Assembly: GCA_963768055.1 (NCBI GenBank)
Contig: CAVYGN010000001.1
Coordinates: 416,001-480,000 of the forward strand
Source of the DNA: an uncultured Spirochaetota bacterium
Lineage (GTDB): Bacteria; Spirochaetota; Brevinematia; Brevinematales; JAOACQ01
DNA length: 64,000 bases
Direction: 5' to 3'
The notes under the pieces are model-generated. The model ran no database searches. It was not told the origin of the DNA and was given only the letters and a program-made list of their open reading frames with translations. The position numbers and the translations under genes were made by a program. This document shows, piece after piece, positions 1-10,846 of this stretch (the stretch's first letter is position 1; every line of letters begins with the position of its first letter).

Positions 1-928
1 GGCTTTATTTTGATTAATTTGCCTGAGCTCATTTTCAAGCTGCAACCAGAAACCAAAGAAGATGTGAAGGTAGACTGTTATTATAATAAGAAGCATGGGA
101 CCGACGATCAAAAAACCCAGAAACGAGATTGATGAGTCCACAAAAGGTATCTTAATCGAACCATTAGGTGCAAGAAGCAATTTATCGGATGCGCCAAGGG
201 CGGTCAGCAAATTGAAGAGCACAACACCTAGAAGGGTTAGCATCGTTTTATTTGTCGTTTCCGAACAATTCTGATGTAATTTTAGAACCATATCATTGTG
301 ATGCAGCGGGTTATGAGACAGTGGGTACCACCAGCAACGTGGAACCTTATTTCTATCAGAGAGGTTTGCCAGGAACGTTTTTAGAATAGAATTCGACTTT
401 CCGATCATAATTGTGTCCTCCCCAGAGAGATTTATTAAAAAAAAGGAACAAAGATCCTTCTTCGCTTTTAAAAATGATGCTTTTCACATAGCAGTAATAA
501 GCCGAGATTACCCAAATGACTAATTATTTTTTCCACTTTCAAAGATCTTTTATACCCATATTGATTATATCATGACAAAAAAATGGTGTCAAACCATTTT
601 TGGACAGTCGGCTCATTAAAAACCTACTTGATTCTCTCTACGCTTTTAGGGCATTATTCCTTCCCTATCCAATTATTTTATCAGATTATCTAAATCTAAA
701 AAATAAGGAAGAAGTAGAATTATATCTTGGCTTTAGATTGAATGGTGATCTTGATACAATAATATACAAAACAGACAGTTTCATTGAAGAGGATAAATTA
801 TCATTGACGGCTAATAACAGAGGGTTTATAATGATACCAATGCGGATTTGGAGGCATTTTTTCGGAAGAACAAGGCGTCAAATGGGAAATATTGGATAAA
901 ATATATTACGAACCGTTGGAGGTTAAAA

Positions 929-3235
929 ATCAAAATCATATACGGCGTTATCATCATATCCGTCTTCTGCTTAAATGCCTATGCGGTTGACTATGACCGC
1001 AGTATAAATTCCTTCAGGCTGAAACCCGTTAAAAATGAGATCCTGCAGAATCAAAAATACGTCGATGAGATGACAAAAAATGTCACGGGAGAAATGAATT
1101 TCGAGGGTGCGGTTCCTTCAAGACTGGAATTATGGGGGAACAATGCATTTCCGCTGCTTCAGGATAAGGACGGCGGAGTCATTGCAGCGGGCATTTGTTC
1201 GAATTCGCGGGCCGTTGTGCTCGGGCATGACTGCTTCCTCAGCGAAAAATGTATTGAGCAGCCCCCGGTAAAGGCCTTTTTGATGAATTCCGTAAACTGG
1301 CTCCTGGACAGGAAAAAAAATGCTAGGGTATTGCTGTTTAACGCATCCGATCTCGTCAAAATGCTTGAGGAAACCGGCAGTAAATGCGACGCCGTGTCTA
1401 AATTCCCGGATAATCTGGACGGCTATGATCTTGTAATAATAAGGCTTCCGTATAGTCTGGATCAGAATTTTACTGAAGACTCTGAAAAAATATTAAGCGG
1501 GTATTATAACGGCGGGGGGCCGGTTCTCTGCGCAGGCGAGGGCTGGGTTTACTGTTCTTACGGGGACGGCAAAAACGGAAAAAGCCTTGAAAATGACTGG
1601 ATAGCCAATAAACTGTTCGTTCCCCGGGGTTTATTTATAAGCCCGATTTACGGCGGATCGATGGTCAAAAAAGTATCGAGGAATATCGGTGAATGGAATC
1701 ATTTTTTAGTTAATTTGTCACAGTTCATCGAGATTTTAAACGGGGAGAAATTTCTGGACAGGCAGAGACTGATTGATTTCGCCGCGAACTTCTATGAAAG
1801 CTCCCTCCTGCGAAAAGACTGGAGGGAAGTCCTGGGAAGCGATAACTTCGAAATATTAAAAGACTTTCTTATAACCAATCTCCCTTCAATAAGCCCTGAT
1901 GAAAATGCCCCGATATCCCCCGCGAATCCGAAAAAATATCTGATGGTTTTACTATACGATCTGTTATACAGAAGCGATTATGAAGATTTCAGCCCGCTGA
2001 GAGAGGTATTTTATAAATTTCCCGGTTTAAACGTCCATGATTTCGAAACTGGCAGAACGAACAGGTTCGAGGCAAAAGTGAATCCGAACATTCCAAGATG
2101 GCATAATCTCGGGGTCTGGGCCAGGCCAGGCGAGAATCTTGAAATAAAAATCCCGGAAAATCTGGTTAAGCGGGGCATCTGCCTGCAGATAGGCTCCCAT
2201 ACCGATTCATTATTATGGGCTCCCGGAGACGGGTGGATGAGATGGCCGGTTATCTCCCAGAGAATAAGCATTACAGGTGAAATCACTGAAGTCAGATCAT
2301 TGTACGGGGGAATCGTTTACCTCGATCTGCCTGACAGAGCGGATACAAATGAAACTCTGAAAACTGAAACTGTCAGAGTAAAGGGAGGAGTGTATTCTCC
2401 TCAGTACACCCTGGGCGACGATCCCGAAAGTTGGAAGCTGAATTTGAAAGAGGCAAAGAGCCCATGGGTTGAGTTCGCCTCGAAAGGAATGGTAATAACA
2501 TCGCCAAAGGACAACGCATTAAAGGTGGATGATCCCGGGAGGCTGATGGCATTCTGGGAAAAAGTTGCAGAAGCTTATCCTGAACTGCTGGGTAAAAAAA
2601 TAAAAAATTATGCGGACAGGTATGTCAGCGACAGGCAGATTTCAGCAGGCTACATGCACGCGGGATATCCCGTAATGACGTATATGGATGTCTGCGATTA
2701 CGTTCTGGGCAATGAATGCGACGCGGCGGGGCTCAAGGATTATAATTTATTTACAAACGGATCTTGGGGACATTTTCATGAGGTCGGGCATAATCATCAG
2801 GGGCTGGAAACTTTCAGCCAGGCAATCGAAGTAACGGTAAATATCTTCACTCTTTATGTAATGGATAAGGTCGTAGGAATAAGGCCGGGAGACGATCCGT
2901 ATTTGCGATCCTATCCTCCGAAAGTCAGGAAATATCTCGCAAATCCGGATTTCAGCAGGTGGAGTGAAGACCCTTTTGTCGCCCTTTTTACCTATATATA
3001 TACGATAAGGGAATTCGGGTGGGAAGCGATAACAAAAACATTTTTAAGCTATGACAGGCTCTCCAAAAAGCCTTCAACCGATAATGAAAAAATAGACACA
3101 TGGGTCGTTCTTTACTCCAGGGCCGTGGGGAAAAATTTAACCTCATATTACAGGGCCTGGGGATGGCCCGTCAGTGAAAATGCGGAAAAGGAGATTTCGG
3201 ACCTTCCCATGTGGCATTGGAAAGCCGATTTGTGA
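929..3235 (+). CDS. Secreted M60-family (enhancin/TCAF-like) zinc metallopeptidase
   Basis: WGHFHEVGHNHQ zincin motif with downstream EVTVNIF, ISAGYMHAGYP motif and SPWVEF. The ORF track starts at 848, but GGAGG (918-922) and a signal peptide point to a start at ATC 929. Confidence 0.85.
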   Translation: MKIIYGVIIISVFCLNAYAVDYDRSINSFRLKPVKNEILQNQKYVDEMTKNVTGEMNFEGAVPSRLELWGNNAFPLLQDKDGGVIAAGICSNSRAVVLGHDCFLSEKCIEQPPVKAFLMNSVNWLLDRKKNARVLLFNASDLVKMLEETGSKCDAVSKFPDNLDGYDLVIIRLPYSLDQNFTEDSEKILSGYYNGGGPVLCAGEGWVYCSYGDGKNGKSLENDWIANKLFVPRGLFISPIYGGSMVKKVSRNIGEWNHFLVNLSQFIEILNGEKFLDRQRLIDFAANFYESSLLRKDWREVLGSDNFEILKDFLITNLPSISPDENAPISPANPKKYLMVLLYDLLYRSDYEDFSPLREVFYKFPGLNVHDFETGRTNRFEAKVNPNIPRWHNLGVWARPGENLEIKIPENLVKRGICLQIGSHTDSLLWAPGDGWMRWPVISQRISITGEITEVRSLYGGIVYLDLPDRADTNETLKTETVRVKGGVYSPQYTLGDDPESWKLNLKEAKSPWVEFASKGMVITSPKDNALKVDDPGRLMAFWEKVAEAYPELLGKKIKNYADRYVSDRQISAGYMHAGYPVMTYMDVCDYVLGNECDAAGLKDYNLFTNGSWGHFHEVGHNHQGLETFSQAIEVTVNIFTLYVMDKVVGIRPGDDPYLRSYPPKVRKYLANPDFSRWSEDPFVALFTYIYTIREFGWEAITKTFLSYDRLSKKPSTDNEKIDTWVVLYSRAVGKNLTSYYRAWGWPVSENAEKEISDLPMWHWKADL

Positions 3236-3265
3236 CTTCTGCAAGGATCGATGATGGAGGATGAA

Positions 3266-4087
3266 ATGCCGGATAAGATCGCCGCTCTGCTCGGGCCTGT
3301 CCAGGAAACCCTGCTTCTCCCCTTATGGGGACGGGCTGTAGAATCGCGTAAGAAAAATGGAAAACTTTTCGACAAAACCGCCCTCGAAGTCATCGAAAGG
3401 ATCGATTACGACTTTTCTGCGATCGCCGGGAATATAACTTTTTACAGTCTTTATGGCTGGATAGCCCGCAGCCTGCATATAGATCAGACGATAAAGAAAT
3501 TCGCCGGCGGCAGGAAAAATCCCGTTATTGTCAATATAGGCTGCGGCCTGGACACGACATTTAACCGCGTCGATGACGGAAAAATGACCTGGTATAATCT
3601 CGATCTTCCGGATGTAATAAACCTCCGGTCGAAATTCATTTCAGAAAATGAAAGGAGCGCCTCCATCGGCTGCTCGTTTCTTGATTACCGGTGGATGGAA
3701 AAATTAAACAACATGGAAAAGCCTCTCTTTATTGCTGCCGGCTTGCTTTATTATTTCGATGAAGAAGAGGTAAGGGATTTCTTTTTAAAAATAGCGGAAA
3801 AATTCCCGGGCAGTGAAATGATTTTAGACATATCTTCCCCTTTTGGCGTAATATTAGCGAATAAATTTGTTCTTGAAAGCACCGGCATGAATAAAAGCGC
3901 GGTTATGAAATGGGGCGTTAAAAACGCTAAAATCCTCGAAGGCTGGGATAAAAGAATAAAAATCCTGGAACAATATCCGATTTTTATAGGCATGAAAACA
4001 GGTCTTCCGATCGGCCAAAAAATAATGCTTTTCATCGGGGATTATTTTTTTAATGCCTGTTCGATGGTTCACCTTAAATTCGTTTAG
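3266..4087 (+). CDS. Class I SAM-dependent methyltransferase (LCM/TcmP-like)
   Basis: ETLLLPLWGRA, VNIGCGLDTTF, WYNLDLPDVI and FIAAGLLYYF motifs. GGAGG precedes ATG 3266. Confidence 0.85.
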   Translation: MPDKIAALLGPVQETLLLPLWGRAVESRKKNGKLFDKTALEVIERIDYDFSAIAGNITFYSLYGWIARSLHIDQTIKKFAGGRKNPVIVNIGCGLDTTFNRVDDGKMTWYNLDLPDVINLRSKFISENERSASIGCSFLDYRWMEKLNNMEKPLFIAAGLLYYFDEEEVRDFFLKIAEKFPGSEMILDISSPFGVILANKFVLESTGMNKSAVMKWGVKNAKILEGWDKRIKILEQYPIFIGMKTGLPIGQKIMLFIGDYFFNACSMVHLKFV

Positions 4088-4134
4088 TAATCAATAAAAG
4101 CACTAAAGGTTTATCACTATTCCAATTCAGGCTT

Positions 4135-4470
4135 ATGAAAGATGGAATTTTGATCGGCACTACCGCCTATGATGTCACTGACGAAACCCGTGTTGAAACA
4201 GCAATCGGAGGCAGGGGAAAAAGACGCCTGCACATTCAAATCTTGTATCCTGCCAGATCAACCAACAATTGTATCCAGGCAACTAACAGAAGCATATCAT
4301 TAACTGCAGCTTTAGAAAAAAATTGGGCTCAATACGGAGCAATGCGAGGTTTTTAGGAAAACCTGAAGCTATTAATGCCCGAATATATTAATGGGCTTTA
4401 GAAACTTGATGGCTTCCCGTTTGTTTTAAAAAGTCTGAGTGTTATAATACAAAAGCTAAACAAATATTGA
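4135..4470 (+). pseudogene. Degraded N-terminal fragment of an alpha/beta hydrolase (PAF-acetylhydrolase-like)
   Basis: IGTT..vtDetR..RRLHIQILYPA resembles the N-terminus of this family. The frame is broken by in-frame TAG stops. Confidence 0.4.
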
Positions 4471-4503
4471 AATAAATATTAAATGGTATCTTATCGGGTA
4501 TAT

Positions 4504-6051
4504 TTATTCGAAATGCTTGAAAGGATAACTTTTCCATGCTTCCCTTAATGGTTTATGCAACCCCCTGCAAAGAAAAATCTCTGAGTTTTTTTCATCCGGC
4601 ATCGCATATTTAGCCCCGATTTTCCCTTCGATTTCCACCTCGGTAAAATAATCGGGCAGGATTTTGTCAGCATAGTCGGGGGCTATAAAAAGCATCACAT
4701 CGCCGGTATTATTGCCCGGCCCCCAGAAATACCAGATATTATGTCCGCAGACAGGCTCGGGCAAGCCGTATTTCGGACCGTAATAATGGAGGGCGCCGGC
4801 TTCTCCATAATTTGCAGTCATAATACATACCTTCTTTTTATCGGAATCGCTCAATTTTTGATAGACTCCGGCGACAGCTTCCGTCATTTCCTCCCACCCG
4901 AAACAGTCGGCGAAAACCTGCGGAAGGGATCCGGAGCCATACTTTTCATCCGAGTCAAACTTTTTCCCGCCTGAATATTTAATAAAGGCTTCCGGCGAAA
5001 GTACGGGCCGGTTGTTTGGTATGGATATTACAGCGCGTATTGAGATGATTAAAGTGACGAGCGCGGTGATGGCTGCGGCCGCTCTTTTAAGCCAGATTAT
5101 TTTAATTTTTTCGATAAGCCGGGTTATGAAAACCGCTCCCCCGGCAAAAAGGACGGTATAATACGGGTAAATAAGGTAAGACTTTGCCTGCTGCAGACTA
5201 AAAATCGCCCAGAGGATAAAAAAAGAAAGCCCGAAAACCCTGTATTTTTTGCCTTCGTTGTTGAACAGGAAAAATATTATTCCCGATATCCAAACAGGAA
5301 AAGCATATTGGTTAAGATATTGAAGCGGGGATGAAAATCTGAGTTTGGCCGCATAACCTTTAAAATACTCGATAATGGGGAAATTGTAATAAGCCTGCCA
5401 GAGAATGAAGGGAAGGAAAATAGACGCTGCGATCAAACCGCCGAGCAGAAAACGCCTGTCAAAAAGAAATTTCCTGTCTTTAAGGGCCAGGAACGACAGG
5501 AATAACGCAAAACCCAGGTAAAGCATAGTGACCTTGGACATCAGACCGAGACCGGCAAAAAGCCCGAAATACAGCCAGTATTTTTTATCCCCCGATACAA
5601 GCAGAAGCAAAATCATATACAGGGAAAGCGTCCAGAAGATCCTGTCGAACGCATTATAATCAAAATTGCTATATATAAAGTAAGGGGCCAGGGTTACGCA
5701 GACGAGGCAGATTAACGTGGCGTAAATGCTCCCTCCCATTTTTTTTACCATCAAAGCCGAAACAATAATAACACCGGAACTGAGCAATGCCGGTACCAGG
5801 TGCAGGGAAAAGTAAGAAGTCCCCAATAAAGCCCGGACTCCCGCCAGGATCAAAGGAGCGATAGGCGGCACTTCGAGATAAGCCCAGCCTAGGCGGTCGG
5901 AAAGGGATATATACAGAAGTTCATCACGGAAAATACCGTAATGGTAAGGATAGAGACAGATAATCAGATTAATGATAATAAAAAATGAAATAACCGCTGT
6001 TTCCCAGAGTAATATTTTCTTCTTTAATAACCAGGATATAAAATCCTCCAT
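4504..6051 (-). CDS. GT-C fold membrane glycosyltransferase (GT39/PMT/ArnT-like)
   Basis: YGIFRDELLY, GLGLMSK, many TM segments, and C-terminal FGWEE and NYGEAGA motifs. Confidence 0.85.
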   Translation of the reverse strand: MEDFISWLLKKKILLWETAVISFFIIINLIICLYPYHYGIFRDELLYISLSDRLGWAYLEVPPIAPLILAGVRALLGTSYFSLHLVPALLSSGVIIVSALMVKKMGGSIYATLICLVCVTLAPYFIYSNFDYNAFDRIFWTLSLYMILLLLVSGDKKYWLYFGLFAGLGLMSKVTMLYLGFALFLSFLALKDRKFLFDRRFLLGGLIAASIFLPFILWQAYYNFPIIEYFKGYAAKLRFSSPLQYLNQYAFPVWISGIIFFLFNNEGKKYRVFGLSFFILWAIFSLQQAKSYLIYPYYTVLFAGGAVFITRLIEKIKIIWLKRAAAAITALVTLIISIRAVISIPNNRPVLSPEAFIKYSGGKKFDSDEKYGSGSLPQVFADCFGWEEMTEAVAGVYQKLSDSDKKKVCIMTANYGEAGALHYYGPKYGLPEPVCGHNIWYFWGPGNNTGDVMLFIAPDYADKILPDYFTEVEIEGKIGAKYAMPDEKNSEIFLCRGLHKPLREAWKSYPFKHFE

Positions 6052-6076
6052 GCTTTTAACATTTGTTTCACTTAAT

Positions 6077-6607
6077 CTGAGATTTCCCAGATATCACTGT
6101 TTTATCCGATTTTTCCCAAATGACACCCAACACTCTCCCGTTTGAGAGATTATTTTATTATAATCCCGGAATACATGCCTGTCAATGTCAAAATCAGGTT
6201 TTCTTTCCATAAAATCCCTTCGATATTAACTTAAAATCAGATTTCAGGCGATTTCCTGATAACCTTTATACAAAAAGGGGACAGTAACACCTTGTAAAAT
6301 CTGATATCGAATTATAGTGTTAACCAACGCCAAACAGTAACCTTAATCTATGTAATCTATCAAGGATAGCGGCAAACAACCCTTTCGGTACGGCTACTTC
6401 CGCCATCTGGAAAACCACATAGCGAGCATGGCTGACAACCTTTGCTCCGATTTTGATTAGCTTTTCCCTGAGAGTCGTCATGGTCCAGTGTTTCATTACT
6501 CTGGGTAAAGCTGAATGCCGGAAGAAGTTTCCAAGATTATAGGCAAGAACAAATAACTGGAGCCTGACATGATTATCGATAAAATCATGACAGGAGAGCC
6601 TTGTCCA
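6077..6607 (-). mobile_element. IS1380-family remnant (transposase C-terminus at 6320-6607 and a probable right end)
   Basis: Minus-strand translation WTRLSCHDFIDNHVRLQLFVLAYNLGNFF...TLREKLIKIGAKVVSHARYVVFQMAEVAVP matches the IS1380 transposase C-terminus. An IR-like CTGAGATTTCCCAGAT lies at 6077 next to TTAA (less certain). Confidence 0.8.
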
Positions 6608-6674
6608 AGCTGGAAAGGAAATACAACGGAGCTGAATTAATAAGAGCGTTTTGATAAAGGATTTTACTCATCGT

Positions 6675-7466
6675 TTAAGCAAATAAAAATTCTTTTACCG
6701 CACGGAGCATATCCCGGTTCATCAATATCTTCTGATGACCGGAACCTTTGGTTAATACCAGTCCGGATCCTTTATTTGCTTCTTTCAGCATAAGCGCATC
6801 AGAAACAGGGATTTCATCATCCTGCTCGTCATGAACGATCAGAATCCCGGCATCCAGATATTTTAATACCGCAGACAGACTGTAGTCCGATGCTTTAAAG
6901 TCAAATGCATGTTCCAGGCTTTTCGTCAGTTCTTCCATCTTATCCGTTTCATTCCTGTTCCGGCTGAAATTTTCAATCATTCTCGATATGCTTTCCGGAG
7001 CGCTGATTAAAATAAGTTTTTCCGCTGAGAATCGGTATTTGTTCAGAAGCCCGGTTCCCGCCATGGTAAATGCAGCGGCGCTCGCTCCGAGTGAATGCCC
7101 GATAACGGCATAAAGATCGCCCATTTTTTTTGCCGCACATGAAACGGCCCTGCCGAATTCGAACATGCTCGACAAATCTTTTTTCCCCTTTCTTCTGGAA
7201 CATCCATGAGCAGGTCCGTCAAAAACCAGGACATGAAATCCGTTATTTGCAAGGTATCTGGCAAGAAGCGTCATATGGCTGGCGCGGGATCCCCATCCAT
7301 GAATGAGTAAAATATTCTTTCCGGAGCCCATAGAATAACCTTTCAGGATTCGGTTTTCAAACTCGATATCCATGGTTTTTGCATCCGTAAAAGCCTTCAT
7401 ATCAAAATCGGTATCATCCTGGCGGGGAGGAGCGCAGAATTGTTCGACAAGAATATCATTATACAT
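6675..7466 (-). CDS. Alpha/beta fold hydrolase
   Basis: LLIHGW, FDGPAHG, GHSLG nucleophile elbow, HDEQD and GSGH motifs. Confidence 0.9.
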   Translation of the reverse strand: MYNDILVEQFCAPPRQDDTDFDMKAFTDAKTMDIEFENRILKGYSMGSGKNILLIHGWGSRASHMTLLARYLANNGFHVLVFDGPAHGCSRRKGKKDLSSMFEFGRAVSCAAKKMGDLYAVIGHSLGASAAAFTMAGTGLLNKYRFSAEKLILISAPESISRMIENFSRNRNETDKMEELTKSLEHAFDFKASDYSLSAVLKYLDAGILIVHDEQDDEIPVSDALMLKEANKGSGLVLTKGSGHQKILMNRDMLRAVKEFLFA

Positions 7467-7486
7467 TTTTTACTCTTCACCCCGCA

Positions 7487-7930
7487 TCATAAATTGGCCT
7501 GGAATTTAATTTTTCCTTTTTCAGCCAGCTTTTTCAGGAAATACATAATGCTGTCTTTTGAGAGTTTAAAATGTTCTGCTATTTTTTCGGGGTTGACTTC
7601 TCCCGCTGTTTTTATAAATTCATAAATCTCTTCCTCGATCTGTGCCGACCATTCCTCGAAAAGATTTCTCACTTCAGGCGTTGCAAATTTGGCAGATTCG
7701 GCTGTCTCCTGAAAAGATCCCATCATTTTTTGGCACATATCCATAGGCCCTTCGCCTCCACCCATCATCGTACCCATCATTTTCGGCATCATATCTTTCA
7801 TCATATCCTGCTTTTCCTCTTTGGTCATATTGGAGAAGAAGCTTTCCATCATCTTGTCCATCATATCTTTTCTTTCCTGTGAAGACATTCTTCCCATCAT
7901 TCCATCCATCATTTTTTCCCTGAATCCCAT
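7487..7930 (-). CDS. Methionine-rich protein with C-terminal winged helix-turn-helix
   Basis: Repeated MM pairs in the N-terminal half. C-terminal EKIAEHFKLSKDSIMYFLKKLAEKGKI. GGAG RBS. Confidence 0.7.
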   Translation of the reverse strand: MGFREKMMDGMMGRMSSQERKDMMDKMMESFFSNMTKEEKQDMMKDMMPKMMGTMMGGGEGPMDMCQKMMGSFQETAESAKFATPEVRNLFEEWSAQIEEEIYEFIKTAGEVNPEKIAEHFKLSKDSIMYFLKKLAEKGKIKFQANL

Positions 7931-7963
7931 TATACTCCTCCTTTATAATTATAAACAAAAGTG

Positions 7964-8302
7964 TTACTTACACATATTCCACCAGCCTGGTATGGAGAAC
8001 ATCGGCATCGACATTTTCTCTTCATTTAAACAGCTGACTATTTCCAGAAATATCCCAAGGGCGCTTAGAAGCCTGCTGTCCTTAAGCTTATAAAAGATAA
8101 ACGCTCCTTTCCGGTTTGTTTCAAGGACCTGGTTCTCTCTTAAAACTCGGAGATGATGCGATACAAGCGGCTGGGAAAGTTTTGTGTTTTCGACGATCTC
8201 GGAAACGGAACATTCCTTGTCTCCAATATATTTAATGATTCTTAAACGATTGGAATCCCCGAGAATTTGAAAATAAATCTGCAGTTTTAACGCCTCATCC
8301 AT
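7964..8302 (-). CDS. ArsR/SmtB family transcriptional regulator
   Basis: LGDSNRLRII, ECSVSEI and SQPLVSHHLRVL motifs. Confidence 0.9.
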   Translation of the reverse strand: MDEALKLQIYFQILGDSNRLRIIKYIGDKECSVSEIVENTKLSQPLVSHHLRVLRENQVLETNRKGAFIFYKLKDSRLLSALGIFLEIVSCLNEEKMSMPMFSIPGWWNMCK

Positions 8303-8379
8303 ATAAGCATCCTTTTATATAAACAAACATATATATAAATAATCATTTATATGATATCACTAAAAAGTTTTGTTGTCAA
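8301..8379 (-). promoter_or_regulatory. Sigma70 promoter with two ArsR-type palindromic operators
   Basis: TTGACA-N17-TATCAT on the minus strand (8379-8351). Palindromes ATATAA-N8-TTATAT at 8301-8320 and 8333-8352. Confidence 0.7.
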
Positions 8380-8545
8380 GGGGAATGCCAAATTAATTTT
8401 CGGTCTTTTAGTCGGCGGTCAATGGTTTTCACCTTTAGCATATCTCTTTTTCAGTATATCATGAGATAGCAAAGCAGATTGTTTTTGAATTTTATTTCGA
8501 GGTGTTTTATACTTCTACATGATAGTTAATAAATTGGAGAATAAG

Positions 8546-8899
8546 ATGGCCAAAGATCTGCTTAAAATTTTAAAAGCTGTTTCCGACGAGACCAGGATGA
8601 GGATTTTATGTCTGTTAAATATAAAAGATTTGTGTGTTTGCGAGATAGAAGAAATACTCGGGATGAACCAGTCGAACGTTTCAAGGCATCTGATCAAATT
8701 AAAAGAGGCCGATCTAATTCTTTCCGAAAAGCAGGGCCAGTTTGTTTTTCACAGACTCAATGAAGAAAAGTTTGGCCTTTACTCTTTTCTCAGGCAGCTG
8801 TTATCGATGGCTTCCGATATCGGCAAATTCAAAAAGGATATCGGTTCATTAAATATTTTGATTGATGAAAACAGGTTAACCTGCAGAACAGTAAAATAG
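8546..8899 (+). CDS. arsR: ArsR family arsenic-responsive repressor
   Basis: DLCVCEI metal-binding box and QSNVSRHL helix. Lies upstream of acr3. Confidence 0.85.
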   Translation: MAKDLLKILKAVSDETRMRILCLLNIKDLCVCEIEEILGMNQSNVSRHLIKLKEADLILSEKQGQFVFHRLNEEKFGLYSFLRQLLSMASDIGKFKKDIGSLNILIDENRLTCRTVK

Positions 8900-8946
8900 T
8901 TGACAGAAATATTTTTTTTAGTTAGCATATGAACGTATGCGAATAT
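8900..8946 (+). promoter_or_regulatory. Promoter and probable ArsR operator for acr3
   Basis: TTGACA-N17-TAGCAT at 8900-8928, overlapped by the imperfect palindrome ATATGAACGTATGCGAATAT. Confidence 0.6.
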
Positions 8947-9014
8947 AAGAATATTCTGATTGTGCCCAAATTGAGGCTAAAGAAATCGTCGGGAAATATA
9001 TTAAGGAAGCATTT

Positions 9015-10058
9015 ATGAATGATACGCCTATAAAAAAATTGAACTTTATAGATGAGTTCCTGACCCTATGGATATTTATGGCAATGGCTGCCGGGATCGC
9101 CCTGGGTTATTTATTTCCGCCTTTTACAGCCTGGATAAGCAAGTTTCAGATTGGAACAACGAATATACCGATCGCTGTAGGTTTGATCCTGATGATGTAC
9201 CCTCCATTGGCAAAGGTTAAATACGAGGGGATGGCCGTAACTTTCAAAAATAAGAGGCTTCTCTTTTTATCGCTTATTCAAAACTGGCTTATCGGACCGC
9301 TGGTCATGTTTATACTGGCCGTAATATTCTTGAGGGATAATCCCGGATATATGATCGGTGTCATCCTTGTGGGCCTTGCCCGTTGTATTGCAATGGTAAT
9401 TGTATGGAACGACCTTGCAAAAGGCGACAGGGAACTTGGAGTGGGGATAGTCGCATTTAACGCGATATTCCAGGTCCTGTTTTATGCGCTTTATATTTTT
9501 GTTTTTATAACTCTATTTCTAAATATTTTGAATATTGAAAAAGGCCTTAATATAAACATCTCGATCCTGGAATCTGCAAAAACCGTTATGGTTTACCTCG
9601 GAATACCATTCTTTGCCGGGCTCATAACGCGTATATTTCTTATAAAATTAAAAGGGAAGGATTGGTATGAAGGTGTGTTTGCACCTATTATAAGCCCTAT
9701 GACCCTGATCGCATTATTATTCACAATCATTGTTATGTTTTCACTTAAAGGAAAATTTATTGTCCAGGTTCCTTTAGACGTGGTCAGGGTGGCTGTACCC
9801 TATATTATCTACTTTTTTGTAATGTGGTTCGTAACCTTTTTTGCATCAAAAAAATTGGGCGCGAGTTACGAACAGAGCGCTACTGTTTCGTTTTCAGCTG
9901 CATCCAATGATTTTGAGCTGGCTATAGCTGTGGCTATTTCCATATTCGGTATCGATTCAAACCAGGCTTTCGCAGCAGTCATAGGACCGTTGATCGAAGT
10001 ACCTGTAATGATTATACTGGTTAATATTTCATTAAGGTTCAAAAAATATTTTATTTAA
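9015..10058 (+). CDS. acr3: ACR3 family arsenite efflux transporter
   Basis: [34 protein letters not shown] and GPLIEVPVM motifs. Confidence 0.95.
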   Translation: MNDTPIKKLNFIDEFLTLWIFMAMAAGIALGYLFPPFTAWISKFQIGTTNIPIAVGLILMMYPPLAKVKYEGMAVTFKNKRLLFLSLIQNWLIGPLVMFILAVIFLRDNPGYMIGVILVGLARCIAMVIVWNDLAKGDRELGVGIVAFNAIFQVLFYALYIFVFITLFLNILNIEKGLNINISILESAKTVMVYLGIPFFAGLITRIFLIKLKGKDWYEGVFAPIISPMTLIALLFTIIVMFSLKGKFIVQVPLDVVRVAVPYIIYFFVMWFVTFFASKKLGASYEQSATVSFSAASNDFELAIAVAISIFGIDSNQAFAAVIGPLIEVPVMIILVNISLRFKKYFI

Positions 10059-10069
10059 AGGAGATCGTC

Positions 10070-10846
10070 ATGACTTACAAGAATGTCGGTTTTATCGGTG
10101 CAGGTAGAGTAGTTAATATTATTTTAGGCGGCTGGAAAAAAAAAGGAGTTATGCCTGAAAAAATTGCGGTAACGGACGTGAAAAATGAGCCGTCCGATAA
10201 TTTAAAGAAAGAATACTCTGAATTACAAATCGTTGCAAGTATTCGGGATTTAAAATATACTGAAATTATATTTTTATCATTACATCCGCCTGTAATGGAG
10301 CAGGCAATATCCGAACTGGCAAATGTTATTAATCCTTCAACTATCATTTGCTCACTTGCTCCGAAAATTAAGATAAGTAAAATATCGGAATTACTTCATG
10401 GGCATAATAAAATCATCAGAATGAACCCCAACGCCCCTTCAATTGTCAATTCCGGATATAATCCGGTTGTATTTTCCGGAGGAATAACACTTAATGAAAA
10501 AAATGGCTTCCTGGCACTTATGGAATCTCTCGGCCAATGCCCGGAAACAAAAGAAGAAAATATTGAGACTTATGCGGTTATCTCAGCCATGGGACCGACC
10601 TATCTCTGGTTTCAATTATATCAGATCATTGAATTGGCAATATCATTCGGACTTAGTAAAAAAGAGGCAATGGAGGCGGTAAGCGTTATGGCGATTGGTG
10701 CAGTTAAAACGATTAACGAATCATCTCTTCCTCCTGATAGGATTATGGATCTTCTACCGGTCAAACCTTTGATTGAAGATGAAGCCTTATTCAAAAATTC
10801 ATATAAAAACAGGCTGCAAGCTATTTATCAAAAACTCAGAGCATAA
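10070..10846 (+). CDS. Pyrroline-5-carboxylate reductase-like NAD(P)-binding oxidoreductase
   Basis: GFIGAG Rossmann motif, IIRMNPNAPS and SAMGPTY. Confidence 0.8.
   Translation: MTYKNVGFIGAGRVVNIILGGWKKKGVMPEKIAVTDVKNEPSDNLKKEYSELQIVASIRDLKYTEIIFLSLHPPVMEQAISELANVINPSTIICSLAPKIKISKISELLHGHNKIIRMNPNAPSIVNSGYNPVVFSGGITLNEKNGFLALMESLGQCPETKEENIETYAVISAMGPTYLWFQLYQIIELAISFGLSKKEAMEAVSVMAIGAVKTINESSLPPDRIMDLLPVKPLIEDEALFKNSYKNRLQAIYQKLRA

Noticed and set aside
1..899. Short + strand ORFs (1-132 partial, 600-899)
   Set aside because: Fragmented frames with no recognisable motif or RBS. Possibly a decayed gene, but no call can be supported.
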